DNA of 63,511 bases, counting the filler, from Reticulomyxa filosa (Eukaryota; Protista; Foraminifera), in assembly GCA_000512085.1 (NCBI GenBank). It is 18 parts of 18 records of this genome, joined end to end, with 100 filler letters (N's around TTAATTAATTAA, not from the genome) between each part and the next. Parts side by side here need not be neighbours in the genome. Positions count along the whole stretch, not along the records: positions 1 to 3,366 come from ASPP01002418.1; positions 3,467 to 4,861 come from ASPP01002601.1; positions 4,962 to 6,195 come from ASPP01010718.1; positions 6,296 to 11,167 come from ASPP01021637.1; 14 more parts are not named here. The stretch is one strand, 5' to 3'. Below the pieces are notes generated by a model. That model saw only the letters and a program-made list of their open reading frames with translations, had not been told where the DNA came from and ran no database searches. Made by a program: the position numbers and the translations under genes. Positions 1 through 11,267 of this stretch are shown here, in pieces. Each line of letters starts with the position of its first letter. Within the stretch, counting starts at the first letter, position 1.

Positions 1-629
1 ATTGTCTGTGGAGAATCTGCATGCAGCACCAAATTCAACATTACTTTCTGCTAACATAACTCAAGTAAAAGTCAATTTTGGTTTTTTTTTTAAAATTTTC
101 CCCTCCACAAATTCTGACGACTCACGGATCTTCATAATCGGATAATAAAAAACAATAAAATTAAAAAATATAACATGTCCTTACTCACACGCTTATACTT
201 TTTTTTTTCATGTATTGATGGAAAAATCCCCTTTCAGAAAAAAAAAAGTACTGAAATCTTCTACCAAACAAGACATGAACTTGTCAAATTGGGCTATAAA
301 ATCTGGAGGCTACGACCTTACAACTGGTAAAACCTGACTACTCATTTTACAGGGACACACCTTGAAGCTGTGTTGCAGCAGTATAACTCAAGTAACAAAA
401 CCTGCAGTGCTTTATGGCATTGGTTTGCGTGATGGACAACGACAAAGTTATGGTTCGGACCCTGTTTGACTAACTGTCCTACAAAGATTTGTTTTCATAT
501 TTACTAAAATTTGCAATCAAGTCATCATGTTGAGAAGAACTGGCGATCTTGGCAATGTCTTATGCGTCAAGCCAAGCTTCAAATAATGTATCAAATCATA
601 CATTTAACATCGTCTCCAACAGTATGCGC

Positions 630-870
630 AATTCCAAATGATGTGATTTGGATTGTCGATGAGTCATGTGGCGCGCCAACATACATTCCAACGCACAGTT
701 CAACTTACTTTCCCACGGATAGTCCAACAGAGTCACTGACCAATGCCCCAACACAGTCACCAACGGAAATTCAGACGTATTTTCCAACATATTCCCTCAA
801 TTTACTCTCCAACTGACAGTCCGACAAGCGCTCCAGATCATAGCACAACAAATGCACCAATGTACAGAGT
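630..870 (+). pseudogene. Pro/Thr/Ser mucin-like stalk repeat (PTxxPT) of a surface protein, frameshifted
   Basis: APTYIPT-FPTDSPTESLTNAPTQSPT continues in another frame as YSPTDSPTSAPDHSTTNAP. Confidence 0.5.
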
Positions 871-2807
871 CCTACGTAACTTTTACATTAAATTTTTAGT
901 TTTGTTTAATTTCATAATTGTAAAACAGGTGAATAATGCATTGCAATGTTTGACTAAGATATTTTCTTTACTATTTTTGTAATAAAAATGATAAGAACTC
1001 AAAAGAAAAGGAAAATTATTGTAATTTTCAACAATGTACTTTTGAAACAATTATAGTACAGTTAGATTATATTCAAAATAATTTGAAGCCAATTTATGTT
1101 TTCATAAAAATGGTTTATTTATTATCAAAATTATTTAAAAATTCTCAGCGCTTATTGTTATTGCTTTGAATACTGTATTGCGTTATGAAAAAGATTAAGA
1201 CAGGTACGCAGCGATATAGACATTGTAATTTAAAAATTTGATATTAATCCATTTACCTTACTTTCAAGTCTCTTAAAAATATATCAATTGGTACTTGTTT
1301 TTAATAATAAAACAAATGCACTTGCAGTCAATCGAACTTCACCAACGTACGCTTTGGTTTTCATTTTCTAACATTGTGAGGACTCCTTCTTCGTGGAATA
1401 GTACCGACGAATATTCCAAATATATCTGCGTTCAGACATTGCGTATGTTCTACACGCGAATTGCAATTGTTCATTAGTACGTGATAAATCACGCTTGCTG
1501 TGCTCATTAAGTAGTTGTATCCAATCTTTCCACTTTGACCATGCACGTATAATTCTTTTGCTGCCAATGTCAAAGACAATATCAATGAAAACAAATGTGT
1601 CCAAATGTTCACGGACTCATTGTGAAACTAACAACATGTTACATTTGTTATATTTGCAATTTCTAGTGGTATTATACCAGTTAAGCTAGTCAATTTCATT
1701 GAAAAGTTATACCTATTTTGTAATTTGTTTATTTTTTGAAAATATGATAAAATGTCAAACTCAACTTGTTAACACTAAGATCTAACCACATCATTTCTGT
1801 TAAAGTCCCATTTCTTTGGGTATGTAACTAGATAACCTTGATAACATAATGTAATTGTTTGAATTTTTTAAATCAACTCTATGTATTCTAACGATATGCA
1901 TAATGACCATTTATCACGTTCGTTCACTGATTTAGTTGCTCCCTTTTTTTTTGTTTTTCCATTTTTTCCCCCCCAGTATCATGTCAAAATTCATCATTGT
2001 TGATTATAAAAATGTTGTTCCAAAATAACCTTGAATATAATATATTGTTCATTATTTGTCTGTTTTTATACAATATCCAACATTTCTAACGAATGTTATT
2101 TGACAAAATTGGTCATCATCATTAAATGATGAAAAATCAATGCCACGATTATTAGTTTTCCGCTACTCAGGATTCTCAACCCCTGAAAAAACATCAGTCA
2201 AGTTAACAGGAACAACAGGTGGAGCAGTGGACTGCCTGGATGGTTCATCTGCGGCAAACATCGTGACATCAATAACAACATCATCTGGTTACGTAACATC
2301 AGTGTTCATCATTTCATTTGTTGTATCATTATTTTGATGATGATCACACATTTTGACAACAAACAACTAATTACTTAACAATAAAGTAATGAAAAAGCAA
2401 AATAAAAGCAATGAAAACAAGTAAAAAGTAAGAAATAAGTTTTTTGTTATTGACCCTAGTTCACTCCCTATAAAAAATATTATTGTTCTGCAAACGCATG
2501 TGGAAAAATAGCTTAAAAACACCCGAATAACACATATTTCAATACAATTCACCAAACTACACATAAATATATTCTTATTATTTTCTTACTACAATATTTC
2601 TAATACGTGTACCACTTAGTCATTTCACATAGAGATACGTATACACTATCATGTACATTTTCTATTTGAAAGTTGTAAAACAGGTACCACTCAGGCATTT
2701 ATATACAAAAGAACAATACTATTATTTTTAAATGTAAGTCTCAAAGTCTTCAAACTTTTTTGTGTTTTTTTAACAACATCTTTTTAAAAAATATTAATTT
2801 TTTCAGG

Positions 2808-3157
2808 ATGGAGCATTGGAATCGGTTTCGCATGAACTTTTTTTGCGAACATTCGATGAAAGCTTTGGTGGTCAAGTTGGTTTTAAGTATGAATTCGTAA
2901 AAATAGGAGATGTTTTGTTTAACCCTTCATCTGATAATTTTTACGAAATTGAAAATGTTTCACATTACAAAAAAAAAATGCAAGCAGCGGAATCAGAAGA
3001 CGAAGAAGAAGTGAATTCAAATCAAGTGCCATGTAACAATGAGGTCAATGCAAATGAAAATCTATATATTCCACATATTACATTCAAGCAAAGAAATGGA
3101 ACAAATTGTTTTGGACGAATTTGGCATTCAACTCAAATATATTCCTTTGGACGCTGA
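2808..3157 (+). CDS. Exon of a hypothetical protein
   Basis: A tttcag acceptor is followed by about 115 open codons including an acidic patch (ESEDEEE). No family recognised. Confidence 0.35.
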
Positions 3158-3366
3158 AACTCATTTCACTTTTCTTGACTATATAAATGTATATATGCAT
3201 ATATGATACGTGTATGTACTATAAATCCGACATTGTTTGGCCTAAAAAAAATACGAATAACTCAATGGCAATGAAACACCACATAGGATATCATTATTTG
3301 CATTTGCTTGTTCTCTTCTATTAATCCAAAAGAAATGAAAGTATTTCTTTATGTACTAAATTTGAT

Positions 3367-3466
3367 NNNNNNNNNNNNNNNNNNNNNNNNNNNNNNNNNN
3401 NNNNNNNNNNTTAATTAATTAANNNNNNNNNNNNNNNNNNNNNNNNNNNNNNNNNNNNNNNNNNNN
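3367..3466. other. Artificial contig linker (first of 17; the others start at 4862, 6196, 11168, 16502, 18046, 19257, 20486, 23677, 30629, 33780, 42262, 45257, 51078, 52496, 54916, 58624)
   Basis: The identical N44-TTAATTAATTAA-N44 unit recurs, gives stop codons in all six frames, and base composition changes abruptly across several of the linkers. Confidence 0.99.
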
Positions 3467-4205
3467 GGTGGCTTTGAAACTTCCGGAGAAAAAGTAATCA
3501 CCTGACGGGACAGGTTATGTAACTTCCACATTGCAAGACTATTTCCAAGCCAAAATTATAATTTAACACGATGCACAAGATCCCAAAATGATGTCAATTT
3601 ATGATTGACAAAGAATTGTTAGATGCATTTTCAACTTTGAGGGTTAAAAAAACCCCCTTCCGCAATTTTTAAACCCACAAATTCAGTGTTTACTTTACAA
3701 AGGTTTTTTACTACAATTTACTTTTTTTATTTTTTGATTTTAATACGAAAGATGTCAATGTTCACAGCGATATGCAAATAATTACGCTTACAATTGAAAA
3801 TATATTCCTGTATACATACATTAAAAAAAGCAAATCGTTTAAATTAGTAGCGTATATTCAAAGCAAGCACTGGAATTAATGAAGAGGTACACTTAACACG
3901 ATTTTAACAGTTTTTGCTTTCCTGCTTGTATTGCTAATTGCCAACATGGCAGCACATTTGTTCAAAATTTTTAAAAAATTATAGTTTGGCCATAAGCACT
4001 ATTTTTAAGCATTTTTAAATTTTTTTTTTTTACAACTATATCGTCCGTCTTTCAATCAATCCTTTACAAGCAAGTGTTCCAAGTTTTTTTTTACTGGCTT
4101 TTTTCAGACGAGTGTTCAACTAGTCATTTTTTATATATTTTGACCCAGAAGGAGTGATTTGGTTTTTCCTCATAAGCGCCATCAAAAGTCTTTGTCAGGA
4201 GAGAG

Positions 4206-4861
4206 ATGCAATCAGACAACCAAAGATTCGAGCCGATTCAGCTGACCAAGGCGAAAAGTACGCGCACCAACGGCCAAAACAAGCAAAAAAAAAAAAGGGG
4301 GGAGAGAGAGACGAGGTGGGGCAGGTGTGAAGGAGCAAAGATGAAAAATAAAAAAATTGGAGAAAGTAGCAAACGATCAAAATAAAACTAAAGCCAAAAA
4401 AAACATGTGTTCGTGTTGATTGACAAAAATGTATGACAGTGATAAAATTGAAGGACTTGACCCCAAACTCACGTGGCGGGTTCAATGTAGTAGTAAAAGC
4501 AATCGAGCAACCAAAGTTACAAATCAACCGTTTGTATTTGGACGGAACGCAGCTCAAAGTATCAAGCGCATTGATCGGTGATGAAACAGGCTGCGTGTTT
4601 CTGCATTTGAAAGATGGCATGTGAAGACTTGTTTGTTGCTTTAAAAAAAAAAAGGGGGGGGGAGGGGGGGGAAAAAAATAAATGAAAAAACATATCAAAC
4701 AGTGAATGTATTTATATATACGAATACACCATAATACCAAAAAAAAAAAAAAAAAAAAAAAATGTGAATAAAAAAATTTGCTAATAGAACAAATAGATCA
4801 AGTAAACAAAGATGACACATTGCTATTGAGAAACGCACAAGTTCAAATTGCAAAATCTCAC
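4206..4861 (+). CDS. Single OB-fold nucleic-acid-binding protein (At4g28440/SSB-like). Three exons: 4206-4257, 4440-4616, 4788-4861. Truncated at the 3' contig end.
   Basis: The spliced product MQSDNQRFEPIQLTKAKMIKLKDLTP...LIGDETGCVFLHLKDEQIDQVNKDDTLLLRNA matches the family pattern LIGDETGxI...DQVD....TVILRN. Intron phases are consistent. Confidence 0.85.
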
Positions 4862-4961
4862 NNNNNNNNNNNNNNNNNNNNNNNNNNNNNNNNNNNNNNN
4901 NNNNNTTAATTAATTAANNNNNNNNNNNNNNNNNNNNNNNNNNNNNNNNNNNNNNNNNNNN

Positions 4962-5989
4962 CCGGAGGTCGAACTATCCCTGCTTCTCCAGACGGCAAGC
5001 GGGCCGATCGGCAACCTGAGAGTATGCGAGGCGTGGCAGCAAGAAGCCCAGCGACTGGGGGCAAGCGCCTTTCCGAGGCGTCCCGACGACGGACGTGCTT
5101 TCCAGAAGCGACTGGTTCGACGACGCAATGGACCGCTTCGGGTATTTTGCGGGCGGTTCGAGCGGCGTTCAGGGAGAATGGCCCAAGGCTCTCTTCACCC
5201 AGGCGCGCGACGGCCTCTGGTATCCGGACCCGCTGGTGCGTGACGCCGAGGCCATCGACCATGCGATCGTCAAACTGCGACGTGGCGACGACCGGGCATA
5301 TGAGCTGATTCTCCAGGCCGAAGCCGCATACCTCGAAATTGGCAGGGCTTTCGGCCTCCGGGTTGGCCGGGCACTGACATACCGCCCCGGTGTGTTGCTT
5401 ATCCCGCGATTCGACCGCCAGGTCGTGGACGGGCGCGTCGTGCGATTGGACAGGAGAGCCTGGTTGCCGCCAAAGGGGTGGCGGAGTTCGGCCATCTCGG
5501 GTCGCACGAAGACTATCTGCGGGTTCTCGCGCGGAACTGCACCGCCCCGTCGCGGAAACCTCGGAATACATCCTGCGCGACCTGTTGAACCTGGCGATGG
5601 GAAATACCGACAATCACGGTCGCAACACCGCCCTGCAGAAGCTTCCCGACCAGACCGTGGCCCTTACCCCCCTATATGACTTCGCCCCGATGCGCCTGGA
5701 TCCGCAATTGGTGCCGCGCAGCACGCGATGGGACTGCCTCGACGGCCGGGATGCCGACCCCGATCTTGCGATCGTCGTCCGAACCGCCGCCGAAATACTG
5801 GAGGAAAACGGCATTGAATGCCCTCCGGAACGGCTGGCCGGCGTTTTCGCCGGAAAGGCGGACTTCCTGATGCGCTTGCCGGCGACCGCGGCACGCGCCG
5901 GCCTGTCTCCCGAGGTCATCGAACGCGGGCTTGCGCGCCACCGGGATGCCGCTCGCGCTGTCGAGCGACTGGAAAGAGCCCAGCCGTGA
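4962..5989 (+). CDS. hipA: Bacterial HipA-family Ser/Thr kinase toxin (5' partial, three single-base frameshifts near 5071, 5448 and 5545)
   Basis: Motifs PIGNLRV, Gly-rich loop GGSSGVQGEWPK, LLIPRFDR, GNTDNHGRN and LTPLYD. The contig is GC-rich and intronless. Confidence 0.88.
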
Positions 5990-6195
5990 CCCGCCGGCGG
6001 CCCTCACTGTCACACGAAGAATCGTCGGCCGCCAAGCGAGTGCTCGGTCATCGCGCGGCAACGGGGCGGTTGATCTGGTCAACCGCAATCAGGGAGATGC
6101 GGCAAGCCCTGGGGAAAACCCAGGAGGAATTCGGCAAGATGTTCGGCGTCAGCCGACGCAAGATCGTGGCCCTCGAAAAGGGCGAAGGCAATCCG
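5986..6195 (+). CDS. XRE/Cro-type helix-turn-helix protein, putative antitoxin or regulator (3' partial)
   Basis: The GTG start overlaps the hipA TGA (GTGA). IREMRQALGKTQEEFGKMFGVSRRKIVALEKGEGNP is a typical HTH_XRE sequence. Confidence 0.88.
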
Positions 6196-9100
6196 NNNNN
6201 NNNNNNNNNNNNNNNNNNNNNNNNNNNNNNNNNNNNNNNTTAATTAATTAANNNNNNNNNNNNNNNNNNNNNNNNNNNNNNNNNNNNNNNNNNNNAAAAA
6301 AAATTGAACTACGCTCCCTCGTAACCCCTTACTTTACTGATTTTTTTGTTTTTATTTGATCACGTTTGGAGGTATTAGCGTAAGTAAAGAAATAAAAATA
6401 TTTTTATTCTAATTTTATATCACCAAATTGCAAAAGAAAAGTTATGTTTAAAAAGGGATCAATTCCATTTTGTTAATTTTTTCTGTTTTTCATGTGAAGC
6501 CTGCTTACTAAAGCTCACAGAGTTTTTGTTGAGTATTTGTAAGGAAGAAGGGGATAGTACAGGCACTTTAACTGGCGCAAAGCTGCATACTATCTTTTAC
6601 TTGAATCATAATGCTGTTTCATTTGAAGGAATGTTATTTCATCTCTGCAGAAGTTGTTATTTTTATAATGATAGTTTATTATTGATCGAAATAATTTTGA
6701 TAGTCGTGTACACTAGATATTTTTATTAAAAAAAGATAATAACATTCGTAAGTATGAATTATTCTTGCATTTTAAAATTGTGGTTTATTATTAAATATTG
6801 TGGGTCATTTTTTATCTTTTTTGAGCTTATTTTTTAAAAAATAAACCACTTTTATTAAAATAATAAAAAGATATTTTTTAATTAAATACGAAGCAGGTAA
6901 ACTAGTCATTGCATTATTGAACTATTTCATTGAACTAAAATTTGCAAAATAATATATCAAACGACGAGCACAAAGGGGGTGCTGTAGTTCCATTTTTTAA
7001 ATTTTTTTATCATCTTTTTTTGTTTACTCTTTCTATTCTCACCAAGCCATTTGATATTGTTTGCAAAAAATAACACTGGGGAGGACTTCTATAACCTGTT
7101 GATCTAAGAGTTTTATAAGTATTTATAACTTAACGTTTATTTCGTATGTGCTTTTTGTACTTTTTGAGTTTATTCCACCATAAGAATATTTTTTGAGCAT
7201 AACCAGTTTGCTATACGGTATTGAATGAAAATTTTGTACTATGCAAATGTATCCTTCTATAGTTATCTGCGGCATTGACAACTCGATCGTATGAGATTTG
7301 AAGTTAGCAAGTAATAACAATGAGTTATTAAAGATATTGTTTGGTTTACCTCAAATACGTTGTGGACAAACTTGTTGTAGTACAATAACTCGTGAGACAG
7401 TCGTAGTTTTTACTATTTAATTATATTTTACGCTTTCATTCTAATTTCTAAGGCTATATCTTAATACTAATTTTCTTACATTATGCAACATATTATCACT
7501 TTCTTTATCTTTTTTTTTTGGAATTTCTTAACAAATATCAAAAGTCATTTTTCCTTTCATTTTGAATAAAAAGAAAACATGTATAAACACAGTTTGTCCA
7601 ACGAAAATATGACAACTGCACTTAACAATAGAGGAAATTAATCATTGGCACTCAAATGTAAGTCTTAGTCTTGAGTAAATGAAATGTTAGTAAGTTTCTT
7701 CGCAATACCAACAAAATTAGTTTCCAGCTCATTTGCATCTAGTTTTTTTTATTGTTACACCAAATGTGCTTGCCATCTTATTTAAAGTAGAGATTTTACA
7801 TTTGCTGAGAATACAAGCGATGAAACGGAATTCGTTAGAATAAAATGTCTTGATTTCTGTTAAAAGTCCAGAAGCTCCATTATCTTCATCATCAGTCAAA
7901 AAATAAGGACAATAGACTTGAGTGGTTCCGTTTTACAACGCTGTAGACGCAACAAATGGATTTAAAAAACGACGTACCCCCAGTTGGACCATGAGCAAGA
8001 TAAAGAAAATCTCGAACTGTATCTAAATTAAATATATGTTTTCTTTAATCATTTTGGTTGCATTGTCATAAAATATGATAGTCCTTTTGTATCTACATAC
8101 TGTTCCCCATCGTTGTTGAATTAAACGAAACTATTTTCGAGATTATGTATTCACACATTTTCCTACAAAAAATTTAAAAAAATTGTTTTGTTTGGCAAAA
8201 ATCATTTTGATAGATATTTGTAAACAAAAAGTATTTGCTTTTTATTCACGCTTTCTTTCTTTTGCTCAAAAAAATTCACGTAACACGTGATAGTCACCAG
8301 AACGGTGAGAACATGTAAGAACGTGACAATCCTAACATTAGTGTTGATGAATCTTTTGTTCTGCTACAAGTGCATGCCGTAATCTTTCTGTGCATGATAT
8401 CTTGACCCCGCCACATTCATCTTTGGTTTTTTCATGACCTGGATGAGGACAATAATAGTTGCATCTATCGAATAGTCACTGCAAAGATTTAAAAGGATCT
8501 TCAAATTTCAAACACTTCTAATAATACTCGTCGCGCTTTATCCAAATAATCCTCCACATTCCTTAAGATATGCATGTTTCGTACATAGTAAGATTCATTG
8601 TTGGCTGTCTCAATGACATAGCAGCTTTCATCCTTATGTTTATTACATTTCATCAGACGGAAATGACCGCTTCATATTCTCTCATTCCAAATTGAATTCC
8701 ATCTCCAACACTATGTTCTTCTTCTTCAATCTTGTCTTGTGCAATTTGTTTGCCCACATAAAAATTGTCCAGCCGAGGCAAGGTGTCTTTACCATAATCG
8801 GCTCTACTGCAAGCCATGCTGGAACACTTCCGAACATGTCTGCCTAATGAAATAAATGCCAGAATTTGATATACCTGATCACAGAAAACACAAACGACAA
8901 TACAAAATGACGCTGAGTAACGATATGAACGTTGACACAAATGACACAAGACGAACAAAATTAAAGAAGCCAGATAGTGGTTGTAAGGCAAGCATTTATC
9001 GTAAGACATTCGCTGCTGAACAAAAGAAAAAGTGACTAATCATGAAGTGAATAGATATGTCCTGCTTTGAGGAGTATCAACTCGTGAAAGCGAGTCAAAC

Positions 9101-9299
9101 CAAGAAGACATTGGAAGATTATGGAGTTAAACGACTCAATAAATGCCGCTGCTATCCAATATTGAAAGACAATGATATTCAAATCGAATATCAAATGGTG
9201 AAAGTGGAGCAATTCGACAAAAGCAAATCAAGACTGCAGCGGCAGAGATTAAATCAGCATTTCAGCAATTACAATCCTTAATGCAATCAATTGACCTGA

Positions 9300-10560
9300 T
9301 GCTGATGTAGATTGTGTCCAATGATTGCATATTATTAATACATTATTGCAAATTCATGAAAGACAATGCGACATCAAGCATTGATATTATCTTTATCATC
9401 AATTCTTACTTGGTTGCAATTGGAGAACGGATGATGCTGAATTGGATATACACTCAGATCATCTCCCAATTATGTAGTCTTACTACAGATTGAACGACAA
9501 AAGATTGAGAAGTAACAAATGTGAACAATTTAGATTGAGATTGAAAAGGGATATTGATAATTGGATGCAATCTATTGATCCAATTGTATCGAGAGATGAA
9601 GCTAGAGAAGCGACAATTGGTATCAGGACAATTTGGAAAACAAACCGTTATGAAAGAGTCCAAAAATCAAAGAATAAATTTTGTGTACAAGAGAGATTCC
9701 AAGGAAATTGCAATTAGAAAAGTATAAAAATCATTGAAATTGGATGATAATTTCATGTTCTATGTGATATTAATATTTTTTTTTGGATATTGATATTACA
9801 AAAGAAGAAGTTATTGAGGATGAGATATTATCGCCGTACAAAGCCTAAGGTCCAGATAACATCCACAATCAATGAGTAAGAGCAATACAGTGTCAGACAA
9901 GAAGAGGTGAAGCTGTACAATAAGTGTATCCGATGGTCAGATCGAATCTTGTACAAGTTCAAGTACCTGGATCAAAATACAAATAATAATTACAACTTGA
10001 TTCAACTACAAACTTGCAGTCGCTCAAAATAAGCACTCTTCTGTTGTGCATATTGTCACGATATCGAGTGATATACTCCAATGCTTAACGAATGGCTTCT
10101 ATGTTAGTCCTTTAATAGGAAACTCCAACTCTTTACGGATAATGTTGAATCTGTATCACTAATCCTGCTCCACCAAGTCCTGGTTTCGTGCTGCAATCTG
10201 CAAATATCACTACAGTATCTTGTTGCAAGATCTGATCAGATGTTGGTTCTCTCCATTTTGGAAATAAAGACTTGGATGGGTGAGGAGGCCTAGTAATCTG
10301 CATTGAACGTTGTTCAAATGGAGTCTAATCTACTTCTACTTTTGGCATGATCCAACTATATCTTTTTCTTCCATGCTGAGATATCGTGTGGTTGGTTTTC
10401 CACATATTATAAGCATGAGTCAGATTGTGATCAGAAAACTTTTTGCTCATTCGGATACATTTTTGGTATAACTTTACTTCTTGCCGTCTGCGCAACTCTA
10501 ACGAGAGTCCTGTGAAATGATATTCACAGGATCATAGGCAGTACTGTTCATCACTCCAGA
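9300..10560. mobile_element. Degenerate non-LTR retrotransposon (LINE) fragments: AP endonuclease end and start of RT on the + strand, RNase H on the - strand
   Basis: + strand: SSIDIIF...NWRTDDAELDIHSDHLPI (end of the endonuclease) and SPYKA*GPDNIHNQ (RT domain 0). - strand: VVIFADCSTKPGLGGAGLVIQ...IEAIR*ALEYI...VLILSDCKFVV (RNase H D-E-D pattern). Confidence 0.8.
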
Positions 10561-11267
10561 ACCAACAAATAACATTCAAGCTTCAAAATTGAAGCAATAA
10601 TTTTAATTAAAAATTTGTTTAGGTGAAAATAGAAAATGCATCATTTCAAAAAGATCTCAATTTAACCACTAAAACTTTTGTGATCATCACACAGTTGATC
10701 GCCTTGCCTCACCTCTGCGCAGCTCAGAAGGGCAATAAAATTAAATGTATAAAATTCAACAGTCTCCGTTATTATCACTCACAAAATTGAATAAAACTAT
10801 TGCAAAAAACAAAACAAAAACAACATAAAAATTGTCGAAGCGGCCTTTTCTTTAGTTCCAGGCATTCTGTAGCCTTTTTCTTTGGTTTTCTGGTTTCCGG
10901 GCCTTCGGTGGCATTTCCTTGCTCAGAGCCTCACACGTTGCTGTGCGAGTGCTTTCCGCGCATCTTAATGAGATGCCAAGTCGCGATGAAGATATGTATT
11001 TTGGAATTCTTGTCACGCACTTTATCTTTTTTTTTATCTGAAAGAGTTAATATTGAAATTCCAAAACGAAAAAGGAAAGGGAAAAAACACGTTTCGTGCA
11101 TTCATCATTAAAACCAAGGAAAACAAAACCAAAAGTAAAAAAAATATTTAATATCAAAGTATGAAAGNNNNNNNNNNNNNNNNNNNNNNNNNNNNNNNNN
11201 NNNNNNNNNNNTTAATTAATTAANNNNNNNNNNNNNNNNNNNNNNNNNNNNNNNNNNNNNNNNNNNN

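Noticed and set aside
2100-2340. Alternative genetic code (TAA/TAG=Gln or TGA=Trp) suggested by in-frame stops here and in the Rab copy
   Set aside because: Intact genes in the window end in TAA or TGA and have no internal stops. The affected sequences mostly also carry frameshifts and deletions, so they are pseudogenes.
5060-5560. Programmed frameshifting or pseudogenisation of hipA
   Set aside because: All three shifts are single-base changes in short homopolymers with the motifs intact, typical of low-coverage pyrosequencing error.
4962-6195. Horizontal transfer of bacterial genes into the protist genome (also 19357-20485)
   Set aside because: Both GC-rich pieces are whole contigs bounded by linkers with no junction to host DNA. 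Co-sequenced bacteria are the simpler explanation.
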